DNA from: Eledone cirrhosa
Taxonomy: Eukaryota
Direction: 5' to 3'
DNA: 64,000 nt
Assembly (NCBI GenBank): GCA_964016885.1
Contig: OZ024745.1
Span: 62,124,001 to 62,188,000 of the forward strand
Below the pieces are notes generated by a model. The model did no database searches and was not told the DNA's origin. It saw only the letters and a list, made by a program, of their open reading frames with translations. A program made the position numbers and the translations under genes. The first letter of the stretch is position 1. Every line of letters begins with the position of its first letter. This document shows, piece after piece, positions 15,101-29,685 of this stretch.

Positions 15101-15760
15101 TTCTCCATCAGATGAACCCCGTCCCTTGAGATTTGAGGATTCATCATCATTCGATGCCTTTGTAGGTGCATTATGATCAGAAATAGGACCCGGGAAAGCA
15201 GGGGCTGGACCTATATCAACAGGTATACCATATAGTGTGGTTCCCTGAGGAACAGGAACTCTGGTATAGTTAGTTGCGAAATCCATCATCTTTTCAAATA
15301 GCTAATAATGTGTGTGGGCGCCACTACTACACACATGTGAAAGAATTTGACAGCCATGTCTTGAAGAAGGTGCTTTCTCCTCCGTGTGGTGGGTTACCCG
15401 GCACCAGATACCAACCTGGCATTTATACCCTCGCCCTAATTGTTCGTGTTGCAAGCACTAGAGTAGTCGCTAACCAAAGCTACGGACCCACTCTATCCGT
15501 CTGGAGATACGTTGTACTAGCTTACCAGCATACTAGTAGCAGGAAGTTGACTTTTCCGGCACTGCAGCGCCTTTCGGCGGGCCGTGCTGGTTTTGGATGG
15601 CCATTGACTCCAAGAGCTCTTAAGAGCTCCCAGGATTCCTTTGCCCTTTGACAGGTTTTGTTTTTAGTCCTGCAGGATGTCCAAAGTCACCCTCCTCACC
15701 AAGAAATCTTGGTGGGGTTGCCAGTTTAGTCACCAACGACCCGACCATGAGACAGGTTCT
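12137..15760 (-). mobile_element. Near full-length RTE-like non-LTR retrotransposon inserted in (TA)n/(CA)n, with (GAT)n tail
   Basis: Single APE+RT frame, about 470-nt 5' UTR, ORF stop runs directly into the tgatgatgat tail. Confidence 0.9.
12146..15289 (-). pseudogene. APE endonuclease + reverse transcriptase polyprotein (about 1047 codons) with one in-frame TAA at 14201-14203
   Basis: APE motifs LNTRTL, VQEHR, GDLNA, QIDYL, SDH; RT motifs FVDFSKAFDSV, ILQGDTLAP, FADDI; the two listed ORFs share a frame. Confidence 0.9.
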
Positions 15761-15776
15761 ATATATATATACATAT

Positions 15777-15916
<140 letters not shown>

Positions 15917-16496
15917 AAACACCCACTTCGCACATATGCATGTTTCTGATGGAGAGCGATAAGGTTTATTATTTGTGAAACACAGGTTAATAAGTATTTT
16001 ACATCTATATTTTTTAATATTCCTCCCACTAAGTCCTTCTATTTCTCTCTGGTTCTCTTTGTCAAGCCTTATCATCCTCGCCTTTGATCCACCAACTCTA
16101 TTTTACTCATCTCTCACTCTGTTACTTTCTCTCGGATATTTTATATCTTCCTTGCTTTGTTTATGTATTGATTTCTGAGTGTCTATCTGATCTTTTTTTT
16201 CTTTCTCCCACTCTCATATGCCTGCACTTTATCTACTTTCTCTCTTTCTATTTCCACACTGCTTGGTATAGTGTTCCTTGGTTTCATCCATACATGTATA
16301 CTGAATACATCCCACGCTTTATTCATAAATTGTTTAAAACGCAAATGATTAGATAAACGGAACAATAACTGTATATTATTGTCCGCCAACGCAATTCTGC
16401 CATTAGATTCCACAGCGCAAACGTTGTTTACTTCATTTGGTAACATTGCCGATGTGCATGTAAGGTGAACTACAAGATGTCAACACCGCTACCAGT

Positions 16497-16797
<301 letters not shown>

Positions 16798-17049
16798 ACC
16801 TTTACTGTTGATGCCTTATATGGTCCCATTCAGCTATTCTAAACCATGAAGTGGAATACACAATCTAAAACCTGGAAGTCAGGAAGAGACCAGAATTAGT
16901 TTGCCATCACAATATCTGAAAGCTGGTTTGGAAATCTTAGTGAATAACTTTTTAAATCTTTTCAGAATTAGTTACCATAAGATAATCTCAAAGCTGGTTG
17001 GGAAATCTTAGTGAAGGGCTTTTTAAATCTTTTCAGTCGAATACCAATC

Positions 17050-18330
17050 ATTTACTCAATACCCCATGCCTATAAAACGCTCATATATTGGTTATATTAA
17101 AGAAACTCATTGCCTACTTTATTATGGCAATTACCGTCCACTAGGTTTTCTAAGTCATGTTTATAAATTGTTTACTAGAATCATTGCTTCACCTGCTGAA
17201 GGTGATTTCATTGAATCTTTTCCTGCGTCTCAAGTAGCATATCAACATGTTACCTTTGAAAAAATAATTGCCTTGAAGCAAATTATTAAAAAAGTAATCA
17301 ATGTATATGGTCTTCATTGATTTCACTGAAATCATTTGATAATGTGAAACTGCATAGACCTTGGAATCGCATTGACAACACACACCTCAAAAAGAGATAT
17401 ATTAATCGCCTCCAACAAACATATGTGTCTACAGAAGCAATAGAAAACAGACGTCGGCAACTGTAGGCATGTCAGCCTCCTCAGAGGTATAAAAGAATAT
17501 GACATAATTTCAACTTTTCTCTAATGAATTGTCATATCTTCAATAATGGTGAACAATAATTGTTTCTACTTTAGGCACAAGGCCAACAATTACCCAGTAC
17601 ATTACTGGTACTTTATTTTATCGACCCAGTAAGGATGAAAGGCAAAGTTAACCTCGGCGGGATTTGAATAATGGTGAACAATAATGCTACACAATGAGTG
17701 GCCAGCTCCTGTCAAATCTTAGGCTACGTCGATGGCAAAGCCGTTGCAAACAGCTTTAGCCTAGAACTTCAAATATACCTTCATGCTCTAGCTAGACATA
17801 CAACAGAAAGTGGGCTATTTGTGAACATCTCCAAAACTAAATCTATGTCAACCGATAAGAATAATCAACCAACCTTTACGCCGTACAATATACGATAAAC
17901 CCATAGAACAAATTTCAGAATCTGTTTATTTATGCCATTAACTGTCAAGCACAAATGGTTCTGTTGCAGCGTTTTAGAAACATAAGGAACTATTAACCTT
18001 ACTTTGTATCGAATATGATATCTATATATCGTATGGCCTACCTGTCCTGTTTATGACCTTGAATGTGTGGACTGGGCCGCAGTCATATTTACTCTAATGG
18101 AGACCCTACAAAACGATATTATGACGTTCGTGGAAAACAACAAACCCCTCGACCATATAAACATTGAGAATCTACTCGAAGCTGGTAAACTAGATCCTAT
18201 AATGTGCATCAGTAAAAGCAAAGTCCAGAAGCTCATTCTTCATGTATAACGTTATAAAAAGGTATTTCTAAAACGTGTGTGGAAGGTTTGATTCAGGATA
18301 AAATATATAGGGGCATGGCTACAAAGGTGC
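17050..18330 (+). pseudogene. Heavily decayed RTE-like RT remnant, interrupted by a SINE
   Basis: GNYRPLGFLSHVYKLFTRII, LGYVDG (YADD-like), GLFVNISKTKSM; many stops and frameshifts; boundaries approximate. Confidence 0.6.
17557..17668 (-). mobile_element. SINE 3' two-thirds with aataatggtgaacaataat target duplication
   Basis: SINE core and tail; the same 19-mer flanks both sides (about 17542 and 17668). Confidence 0.85.
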
Positions 18331-19789
18331 TAGAATGACACTGCCAATACATTGTTTGGTTCTGGGGTTATATGAACTAAATAAAGCCGCATTTTGTAGT
18401 TGTAGGTTGTTGTGAGTTTGTGGCTAGATATACTATCTATTTCTTATATGGCTGCAATTTGAAGAAAGACTTCAGGTCAGTGATCAATGTGTCTGGAAGT
18501 AAATTGTGCTTTATCATATGAGACAGAGGAAACTGAGAAAGAGGTCAATGCTTAGAGCAAATAATGAAAATCCTCGGGTAGAATTAAAAGAGGATACATG
18601 TGACAAGGAGGGAGAACTAATAGCTGCAATTAGGTAGTTGTGTTAGCCGCTTGTATTTACGAGAGAGACGTCGTGATACCATGTGAATCAAACATAACCA
18701 GTCATTCTATAGTAGCCTGGAGTGTCAATTGTCAAATGTTTTGTAATCCTCATTCGACAGTTGATTCAAAGAAGGCTGCAGCCCATCTCTTCATTGAGCC
18801 ATCTCTATATTATGTCCTGGATTTAAAATGAGAGCCACATTTCTTTAGCATTTCAGAAACAAAATCTTGAAGAAGATGAAAAAAGAAAATGCTATAATGT
18901 AGGATACAAACTACGAAAAAAACAACAAAAAAACAACAACAAAACAACAACAACAAAAACAACAACAACAACAACAAAACAAAACAAAACAAAACAAAAT
19001 AAATACAGTGTGTAAGGTGAAATAAATAAATTTTCAAATGTCTACTTTTTTACATGATGAAATATAACAGTATGGAGAACGAAAGAATCTAAATTTAGAT
19101 TATCAAATGAATTAACTATTTTAAAACAAAGTATGTGACAATCAATTTATCCATTTTCAAACAAATTAACTGAAGCACTTCAAAACAAATGTTTATTCTA
19201 TTTAGAACCAGTTTCGCCTTTGTTTCTCAAATATACTGATAACTACTACTTTTAATTTTGATTTCTCCAAATTATTATAAAAGGTGTTTGGCTAAAATTC
19301 TTAGACATCAAAGACCATTTCACAATATCGTAAATCAACGTTAAATAATTTAGTTTTAATTCAATATAATCTTAAAACCTCAATGTTCAGTATGATATTC
19401 TAGTAGTGAGGTCTACCGCCGAACTATATCAAACATTTACTACAAGACTAGATCAGTTAAACTAAATTAACACTCAGTAAGCCGTGTTTTCGAGTCAATC
19501 AGGATCCTTGTTTCTCTTTACACAATGACCTCTTTATACATTTATCAAAAGAAAGTGTTATGGTTTTTAGTGCAGAAATGATATCAATAATTTAGCAGTA
19601 TATAGCATAGCTTCTGCCTCTTTTTTCAGTGCTGAAATCGAACCGTTGTTAGCCTTACTCTTTTAGGTCTAACCTTAATAGAATGAAGTTACACAAATGA
19701 TTTATCTTGAGCTAATTGTATATACTATATAGATTACAACAGTGCTACACTGATAGTATAATTTAGTCACAATTATACCTCATAAATGA

Positions 19790-20077
19790 GAAGGAGCTCA
19801 CAATAATAAGGTCGAGCGTTCGATTCCCGGCGGTGCGTTGTTTTCTTGGGCAAGACAATTTATTTAACGTTGCTGTAGTCAACTCAGCTGGCAAAAATGA
19901 GTTGTAGCAGTAATTCGAAGGACCAGCCTCGTTCACGCTAAATCTCAGTGAGAACTACGTTAAGAGGGGCGCGTGTCCGTCGTATGCTCAGCCATTTGCA
20001 TGTTAATTTCACGGGTAGGCTGTTCCGTTGACCGGATCAATTGAAACACTTGACGGTGTAAGCGACGGAGTAACAGT
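19790..20077 (+). mobile_element. Second tRNA-derived SINE family, diverged
   Basis: B-box gttcgattccc, then ttcttgggcaagaca..ttatttaacgttgct..actcagctg central domain. Confidence 0.6.
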
Positions 20078-20156
20078 TAATATACCCCGTAAAGATAATG
20101 TTCCAGCAACCTATTTTGCGACTCATATATTACTTCAAAATTAAAGTTCCAACCTC

Positions 20157-20291
<135 letters not shown>

Positions 20292-20379
20292 TTATACATA
20301 TATATTTGAAAAAAGGAAAATAATGACTTCATTGTAGTTCTAAACAATTTGATTTAATTTTATCATATGATTTGGTAGA

Positions 20380-20745
20380 TGTATGTATATACTGATCAAG
20401 TCAGGAAGTGATCACTTTGAAACTCGTCGAAGGGAACACCAAATACTGAAAAGGAAGGTGAGGAAGGGGAACTGTTCTGAACTGCCTGCTGTTGAGCGAC
20501 ATCTGGTTTGCCTGCACTGTGGTCGAGTTTGCCTGAGCAAAGCTGGTTTGATGAGACATGAACAAAGTCATACCAGTAGACCTCATGTAGATTATGAATA
20601 GAATAGCATGATCTGAAAAGTTGTAGGGAATGTAGCAACAAATATCCAAGTCTTTGGCTAGTTTGAAAAGTCACATTCGTTCCTCACTTCTTTGAGCATT
20701 TTATCAGGCGATGGTAAGGCTCTAACACGAGTTTGCGGCCATCAT
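20380..20745 (+). mobile_element. 3' fragment of an RTE-like element with terminal C2H2-like zinc finger(s)
   Basis: VCLHCGRVCLSKAGLMRHEQSH plus a decayed second finger; ends in gcggccatca-(TA)n. Confidence 0.55.
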
Positions 20746-20789
20746 ATATATATAATTATACACACACATACATATATAGGGTAAAAAGT

Positions 20790-21005
20790 AATGTCTCTCT
20801 TCGGTCACATATGACCATGGGATTGTCACCTAAAAATTTCTCCTGCGAATCACAAGTCCGGGCAAGGTTGACGTAAAAGATCAACAGTCGTTCATTCATA
20901 CAAACCCCACCCTATCTACGCCACCGATGTTGTCCAAGAGAAAGGCAGTGACCGATACAGCTTGGCACCAGTGATGCTCTAACTTATTTCTACAGCTGAG
21001 TAAAC
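20790..21005 (-). mobile_element. SINE 3' fragment, related to 6555-6620
   Basis: Shares actcagctgtagaaa...tgccaagctgta with 6572-6618. Confidence 0.55.
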
Positions 21006-21659
21006 TTTTTAATTTCTAATTCTGGTGCTATATACAATGTATTTCAATCTTTATTTGAAATTTTATCACCAGGTTTTTCTGAGTATTTGCTTTAAATTAT
21101 ATTAAAGAAAATGGGTTTTAAGTTTTATATGCTCTGTTGGGTTTTCTAGAGGGCAGAGTGATTTTCAAGGTAATTGTTCTGCTGAATACTTGAAATGTTG
21201 ACAATTCAAAAAAAAAAAAGAAGAAACAATGTTTATAGTACAAGAATAACAAAATGATCATTTAAAATTAAACCATTAAGAGAAAAATTTTCCTTTTTTC
21301 TTTTTTTCAGAAGAACACGCACATTCTCACACGGTCACATAAATATATATATATTTGACATGTGGCCGTCCCAACGAAAACAAACATAGTAATAGTCGTT
21401 CAATGTTAATTATATTTCAGAAAATTGGATCAATTAACTTTAGAGACGAAAAAGCTGGAGAGATGTTCTTGCGAGAATTAAAACTTGACATATGTGCATT
21501 CCAACGCAAATGATTATAATTATTCAATCATATGTTACTATAAATGTTTGGGAAAATCACATAATATATTCCTAGAAACGAAAAAAGTGCCTAGAGGTGC
21601 GTGCGAGATATCAAAAGTTGCTCTTTAGCATAGTGGTTAATGCACTCAACTGACATTCA

Positions 21660-21850
21660 AATCTTCCACCTGGAAAGCACACTAATCCATCGCAGGGTTA
21701 AGCACCCAGTTGTTGCTGGTACTAATTTTAAACTGAGTATACTGAGGCAACGTGAAATTAAGTATTTTCTATAAGAACACAACGCATAACCCTGTCCAGG
21801 AATCGAACCCACGAGGTTGTGATCATAGGTAGGTCCCCCACACTTATCAC
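21660..21850 (-). mobile_element. Diverged tRNA-derived SINE
   Basis: Minus-strand B-box ggttcgattcct followed by gcgttgtgttctt...atttcacgttg...actcag. Confidence 0.5.
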
Positions 21851-22831
21851 TATATATATGTATATATGTAAATTTCCCATTTTGAACATATATTTCAAGT
21901 TTCAAATTTGTATTCCAAATATATATTTCTAACCGATCAGTAATATCGATCTGGCTAGCACGGAAATATCGGGAAACATAGTGAGAGTGAATTTTAAATT
22001 TTGTAAACATGTAGAGAATATTCGTATGTTATATTCAAGAGATTGGCTGGTATACTTAATATTTTGACTTCATCTGTTACACAACAATTATGTCTTTCAA
22101 AGCAACTTTATGTCTTCGATACATATATCTGTTGATAGCCAATAAATATATTTGTTGATTCACTAAACGTAAAATCCAATTAGCGACAGAGAATATATTA
22201 ATACATCGATTTTAGAAGGCTAATATATGATTAGTAAGAATGAAAATTATAATCATAACAATCCATTTGCTCAGACGAAAGTAAAATCAATTCGAGAAAA
22301 ATAAGCCATTGACAAATGATCACGTCGAAAGATAACAAATCCACTTTAAATAAATAAAACAAAATACACTACACATTTTTAATACATCCTTAGTCTACTT
22401 TACGAAACTGTAATATGTGTATCATCATCATCATTTTTATATATATATCATAGATCATAAACCTATCAACGTCTACCATCTCCCTAGCACACACACAGTT
22501 TGACTAGTCCATATCTAGACTTCATTATCGTATTTTATCCTCCCCTCTGATTTACCTCAACAACCATGAACCCCACCTATCTCTCTCGTCTTTGTCACAT
22601 CCTCCTTCTTCTCTACTTCAACTTCACATGAATTCCTATAAAAACCTGAACATTCTGGTACGGTAAACATAATCTCTGATGATATGGAATCGATTGTACA
22701 TTGGATGTCGAATGCTCTACTAACTATATAATATTATAGATGCAGCGAAATCTAGGCACATTGATGTCTATCGAAACGTACGTTAGAACCGAATAAATCT
22801 CTTTTACTGCATCTTTCTGTTCTTTTTGATT

Positions 22832-22881
<50 letters not shown>

Positions 22882-22888
22882 GATGATG

Positions 22889-22954
<66 letters not shown>

Positions 22955-23019
22955 ATGCACACACACACACACACTCCCACACACACACACACACACACAT
23001 ACCTATATATATATATATA

Positions 23020-23359
<340 letters not shown>

Positions 23360-23427
23360 GTGTGTGTGTGCGTGTGTGTGTATTAGAAAATCTAAATTTC
23401 ATTTTATGTAGTTATAAATATTAATTT

Positions 23428-23866
23428 GGGATTGGCAGTATCGGTAGAGGGTCGGACGCCATGCTTTAACTCATGGAGGTATTGCTCTTGCCATTCTGAG
23501 TTCGAATCCCGCCGAGGTTAAATTTGCCTTTCATCCTTACGGAGTCGATAAAATAAAGTACTGGGTAATTGCTGGCCTTGTGCCAAAAGTAGAAACAATT
23601 AATTTTATGTAGTTATATTACATACTATGCTAGGAGCATCTAAACAAATGTAAATATATTTTGTGATGATCTTCGTATTCATAATAATTGTTTCTACTTT
23701 TGGTACAAGGCCAGCAATGTCCCAGTGCATTACTGGTACTTTATTTTATCGACCCCGTAAGGATGATAGGCAAAGTCAACCCCGGCGGGATTTGAACTCA
23801 GATCGTAAAGGGACGTAACTATGCTGGAAAGCATAGTGTCCGACCCTCTACCGATACTGCCAATCC
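23428..23866. mobile_element. Two convergent SINE copies (23428-23601 +; 23684-23866 -)
   Basis: Both match the SINE consensus. Confidence 0.85.
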
Positions 23867-24230
23867 AAATAATCTGCTTTCGTTGTAGCAGAATACATAG
23901 TTTATGCACTTTAATTTGAACGAAAAAACGTCATTTATAAACCACCACGTAGCAAACCACCAAAGTAGCAAAAAACAATAACAATAACTAAATGTTTTAA
24001 CACTTTTCTTTTGTGTCAATCAATTCGCAACATAATATCGTAAGGAGTATGATATGTATATTAATATATTGGAATTTATAGAAAATGTTATCGAACACAC
24101 GCATTTTGGCTACGTCTCCTTACTCTGGATAAACCTCTCAATTTCTAGAAAAATATGAAAATATTAAAAATATGAAAATATTAAATGGCCCTTCAGCGTA
24201 TCATGAACTACCTACTAACTCACTTTCTCT

Positions 24231-24320
<90 letters not shown>

Positions 24321-24786
24321 GTCACACCCTCACACACAAACACACACATTGGAAAGAATCGTGCCTGCGGGATTTGAACAGGAAATATTGTAAATTATCC
24401 AGCCTCATGCACTCAAAATTCAAAACACTCTGCTATAGTTATGTATATAATGTCACCGGCTTTCTCTATATTTACATATAATTTGTTTTATTTACTGTGT
24501 AAACATCTAAGGTAAATTACACGCTGCATTACATTTTAAGTTTACTGTAAGAAATTGCATGGTAAATATGTCGTTTTCTACAGAATATACGTTCATGTAA
24601 CTTATAATATAGCACTAATTATTTTAACAAGTTTCCCATTTTGACTTTTCCTCACAGTTTCTCGTAACCGATGTGGTTTACGTAGACATACGATTATCCA
24701 GATATTTATTCATATGCTTAGAATATCCACACACACACATATATACACACATCTGTATTCAAAACTGCGGGAGGTTATATGAAAGA

Positions 24787-25811
<1,025 letters not shown>

Positions 25812-26403
25812 AACAGCATAACAAGAAGAAATCAAAGAGGTAAAAAGAATAGAATGTGTAAATTTTTATAATAGGAGATTATTTGTATATTCTAGACATT
25901 GCTCAGCGTGAAAACAAAAGAGGTAGCAATTTAAATTAGGATGAATCAGAGAGGTGAGAAAATTTTATACATTCCAATGATTATTGAAATTTATCTCACA
26001 TATAAAAACACACATATGCTAAATACAGAAAAAAATTACAAATTCACAAGAGAACAATTTTACATGAATAAATACGGCATTGTGATAGGTTTCTACCGGT
26101 TAAACAAAAATACCTATGTCATTGAAACAGATTTGAGTTGTATTCTCTACGCTCTCATTTGATGATCATTTACATTTTGAGTTTATATTTTGATTTTAAT
26201 AATATCTTATATCGCATTCACTATGTGCAAGGAAGTTTGCCTGCAAATTAATGTGCAAATAATGTCTATTTATTGAAATCTAATAAAATGAATGCATGTT
26301 GAAAAATGAACCAGAAACTTCAATCACGAAAAATAAAATAATTGAGCAATAATACGGAAAAAATATTCTGCACGTACAACTGTATAGTTACGTACATACA
26401 TAC

Positions 26404-26469
<66 letters not shown>

Positions 26470-26471
<2 letters not shown>

Positions 26472-26696
26472 GTACATACATGCATACATATAATAAATAA
26501 ATAAATACATACATACATAAATATATACACACAAACACACACACACACGCATATATATATATATAATAGTGCCGATGTAGTAACTTGCCTTAATAATAAT
26601 ACACATACAAATATATATACACACATACACATATATATATATATACACATATATATACACACACATACACACATATATATATATATATACATATAT

Positions 26697-26727
<31 letters not shown>

Positions 26728-26780
26728 CATATATATATATATACATATATGTGTATATATATACATATATATATATATAC

Positions 26781-26821
<41 letters not shown>

Positions 26822-26851
26822 TATATGTATGCATATATGTATGCACACACT

Positions 26852-26883
<32 letters not shown>

Positions 26884-26987
26884 CATGTGTATATATATAT
26901 TTATATACATATGTATGTATATATATATATGTAATATATATAAATATATATATATATATTATGTATATATATATATAAATATATATA

Positions 26988-27018
<31 letters not shown>

Positions 27019-27212
27019 CGTACATACATGCATACATATAATAAATAAATAAATACATACATACATAAATATATACACACAAACACACACACACGCATAT
27101 ATATATATAATAGCGCCGATGTAGTAACTTGCCTTAATAATAATACACATACAAATATATATACACACACACACACACATATATATGTACACACATATAT
27201 ATACACACACAT

Positions 27213-27243
<31 letters not shown>

Positions 27244-27317
27244 AATATATATATACACACACATATATATATACATATATAAATATATACATATATGTGT
27301 ATATATATACATATATA

Positions 27318-27403
<86 letters not shown>

Positions 27404-27433
27404 TATATGTATGCATATATGTATGCACACACT

Positions 27434-27494
<61 letters not shown>

Positions 27495-27553
27495 ATATAT
27501 ATATATATTTATATATATATTTATATACATATGTATGTATATATATATATATG

Positions 27554-27585
<32 letters not shown>
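26470..27585. repeat. Tandem duplication of an about 550-bp microsatellite-mosaic unit
   Basis: Unique anchor atag(t/c)gccgatgtagtaacttgccttaataataatac at about 26566 and 27109; same order of sub-repeats in both units. Confidence 0.85.
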
Positions 27586-27586
<1 letters not shown>

Positions 27587-27587
<1 letters not shown>

Positions 27588-27790
27588 ACGAAGGGAATGT
27601 CGTAAGGAACCAGGTGGACCATAACGCACCAAAGTACTCAATACTTGAGGTAGTAGAGTGGGTAATAGGAACCAGTAAGACCCCGACAGCTGAGCTCAAG
27701 CCGTTTCGACGGCTAATTCTGGACTAAATTTAGTCCAGAATTAGCCGTCGAAACGGCTTGAGCTCAGCTGTCGGGGTCTTACTGGTTCCT
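27587..27790. mobile_element. Mini-PLE family A fold-back copy
   Basis: Perfect palindrome centred on ctggactaaatttagtccag; tail on the left arm; in (TA)n. Confidence 0.88.
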
Positions 27791-27883
27791 ATATATATAT
27801 ATATATATATTATGCATATATATATTATGTATATATATATATACATTATGTATATATATATATATAAATATATATATATATAT

Positions 27884-27941
<58 letters not shown>

Positions 27942-28239
27942 TATACATGCATAAATATGTTCAAATATGTGTAACATGATAATATACATGTTTATATATA
28001 TATATATATATATATATGCTATGTGTGTGTGTATTCTGCATTAGTTATTTAAATAACTACATGATAAGAGAAAATTAATGGTAATACATTATTCAATTTG
28101 GTGTATAATCAATGAGAAAACACCACTATTATTGTAATGCTTTATCTAATGAATTAAAACCTGAATCTATTACATCGAAAATTATCTCCCTTGTTACGGC
28201 TACATTCAATAATTCATCTGCCAGTTACACTTTAGAAGT

Positions 28240-28585
28240 TACACTTGGTGTGCATTAGCTGGGCAGAGGGCTGAGTTTCTGCTAGCCTACGAAATGTCTC
28301 AAATAGTTTGTATTTATCACTTTTGGCGGCTCAAATCCCTCCCATGACTCCCTGTCGCGGCATGGCTCCCCCAAATTAGGTTGGGTGTGAAAGGAAGAGC
28401 TCGGTGCTATAACCGATTCGATGCTTGAACTACACTAGCCTAAAGTGCATATACTTGCGGCTGGACACCGCTTGTGAAACCTATCCCCCGAAGGAACACC
28501 ACTGAAATGTACTTATACCGTGAATTCGGTCGATGGAGCCGGCTCAACCCACCCCGGGTGGACGGCGTAACCAGTAAGTAAGTAT
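28240..28585 (+). mobile_element. Probable short retroelement remnant with (GTAA)n tail
   Basis: GC-rich island ending cagtaagtaagta; no ORF recognised. Confidence 0.35.
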
Positions 28586-29311
28586 TCAATAATAGTGTTT
28601 ATAACCGTAATTATCATTTTGTTTAGTTATTTGTCAATATTGGTGGGCTGAAAATGAACGTGAATTCACCCTCAGTACGAATATGTAATTCCACTCTACG
28701 TCAAAAGAGATTGTTCACCATCTAGCTCACACACACAAACATAGACAACCTTCCCACGCACACAAGACAAAATATTTCAAGGAAATGGGCAAATGCCAAA
28801 TGTAATGCGAGGAACAATTTAATAATTTATTCACTACATATCTTCAGGATTGTATTTGGCATCATTTCTTCTATCTTATTTCCTCCATAATCAAGCAAAT
28901 ATGGATAATGAAAAACAAACCATTTATGTGCAATTTTTGTTATTATATCGCGCCAGCCCATCATAAACAAAGTAGGTACATGATTAGAGGTGTTCCAATC
29001 GTGGTCATTCGGACGCTTGTTTCCTGCATATCTTGGGATATATTAAAGTATGCTTCCTGTTTACAAAAACATAGGATGATTTCCGTGGCTGCTATTTCAA
29101 GCAGGAAGAACAAAGATGAAAATCTTTGCATAGGTTCGTAAAGTAAATAGAGTAAATTAGGCTGAGAAATAAATAGAGAGAAAGAGTGAAAGAAAGGCAG
29201 AGACATAAAAAGAGAGATTGAAAAAATGGGAGTGAGAGAGAATCATATATACAGAAAGACAGTTATAGTTAGAAATAGATAATTTTAATGAAAGTCAGGC
29301 ATATAAATTTG

Positions 29312-29345
<34 letters not shown>

Positions 29346-29347
29346 TA

Positions 29348-29400
29348 TTGTTATATTTGTTTCGACACTCGATTTCACATCAAAAACCTCGCAAAACTTT
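29348..29400. mobile_element. Ultra-short PLE insertion: tail of the 47-49 kb family plus a few nt of inverted 3' end
   Basis: Reverse complement of 47172-47217; in (TA)n. Confidence 0.7.
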
Positions 29401-29420
29401 ATATATATATATATATATAT

Positions 29421-29622
29421 AACGAAGGAAATGTGGTAAGGAACCAGATGGACCATAACGCACCAAAGTACTCAATACTTAGGGTAGTAGAGTGGGTAAT
29501 AGGAACAAGTAGACCCCGACGGCTGAGCTCAAGCCGTTTTGACGGCTAATTCTGGACGGCTAATTCAGTCCAGAATTAGCCGTCTAAACGGCTTTGGCTC
29601 AGCCGTCGGGGTCCTACTTGTT

Positions 29623-29625
<3 letters not shown>
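29421..29625. mobile_element. Mini-PLE family A fold-back copy
   Basis: Same architecture as 6994-7185, different junction. Confidence 0.85.

Positions 29626-29685
<60 letters not shown>

Noticed and set aside
20383-20601. Host C2H2 zinc-finger exon
   Set aside because: Context (basic helix then terminal finger, ending in a TA tail) fits a retroelement 3' end; no splice support
22715-22790. Further hammerhead candidates (also about 6320-6365 and 7737-7780)
   Set aside because: Core boxes too degenerate to call
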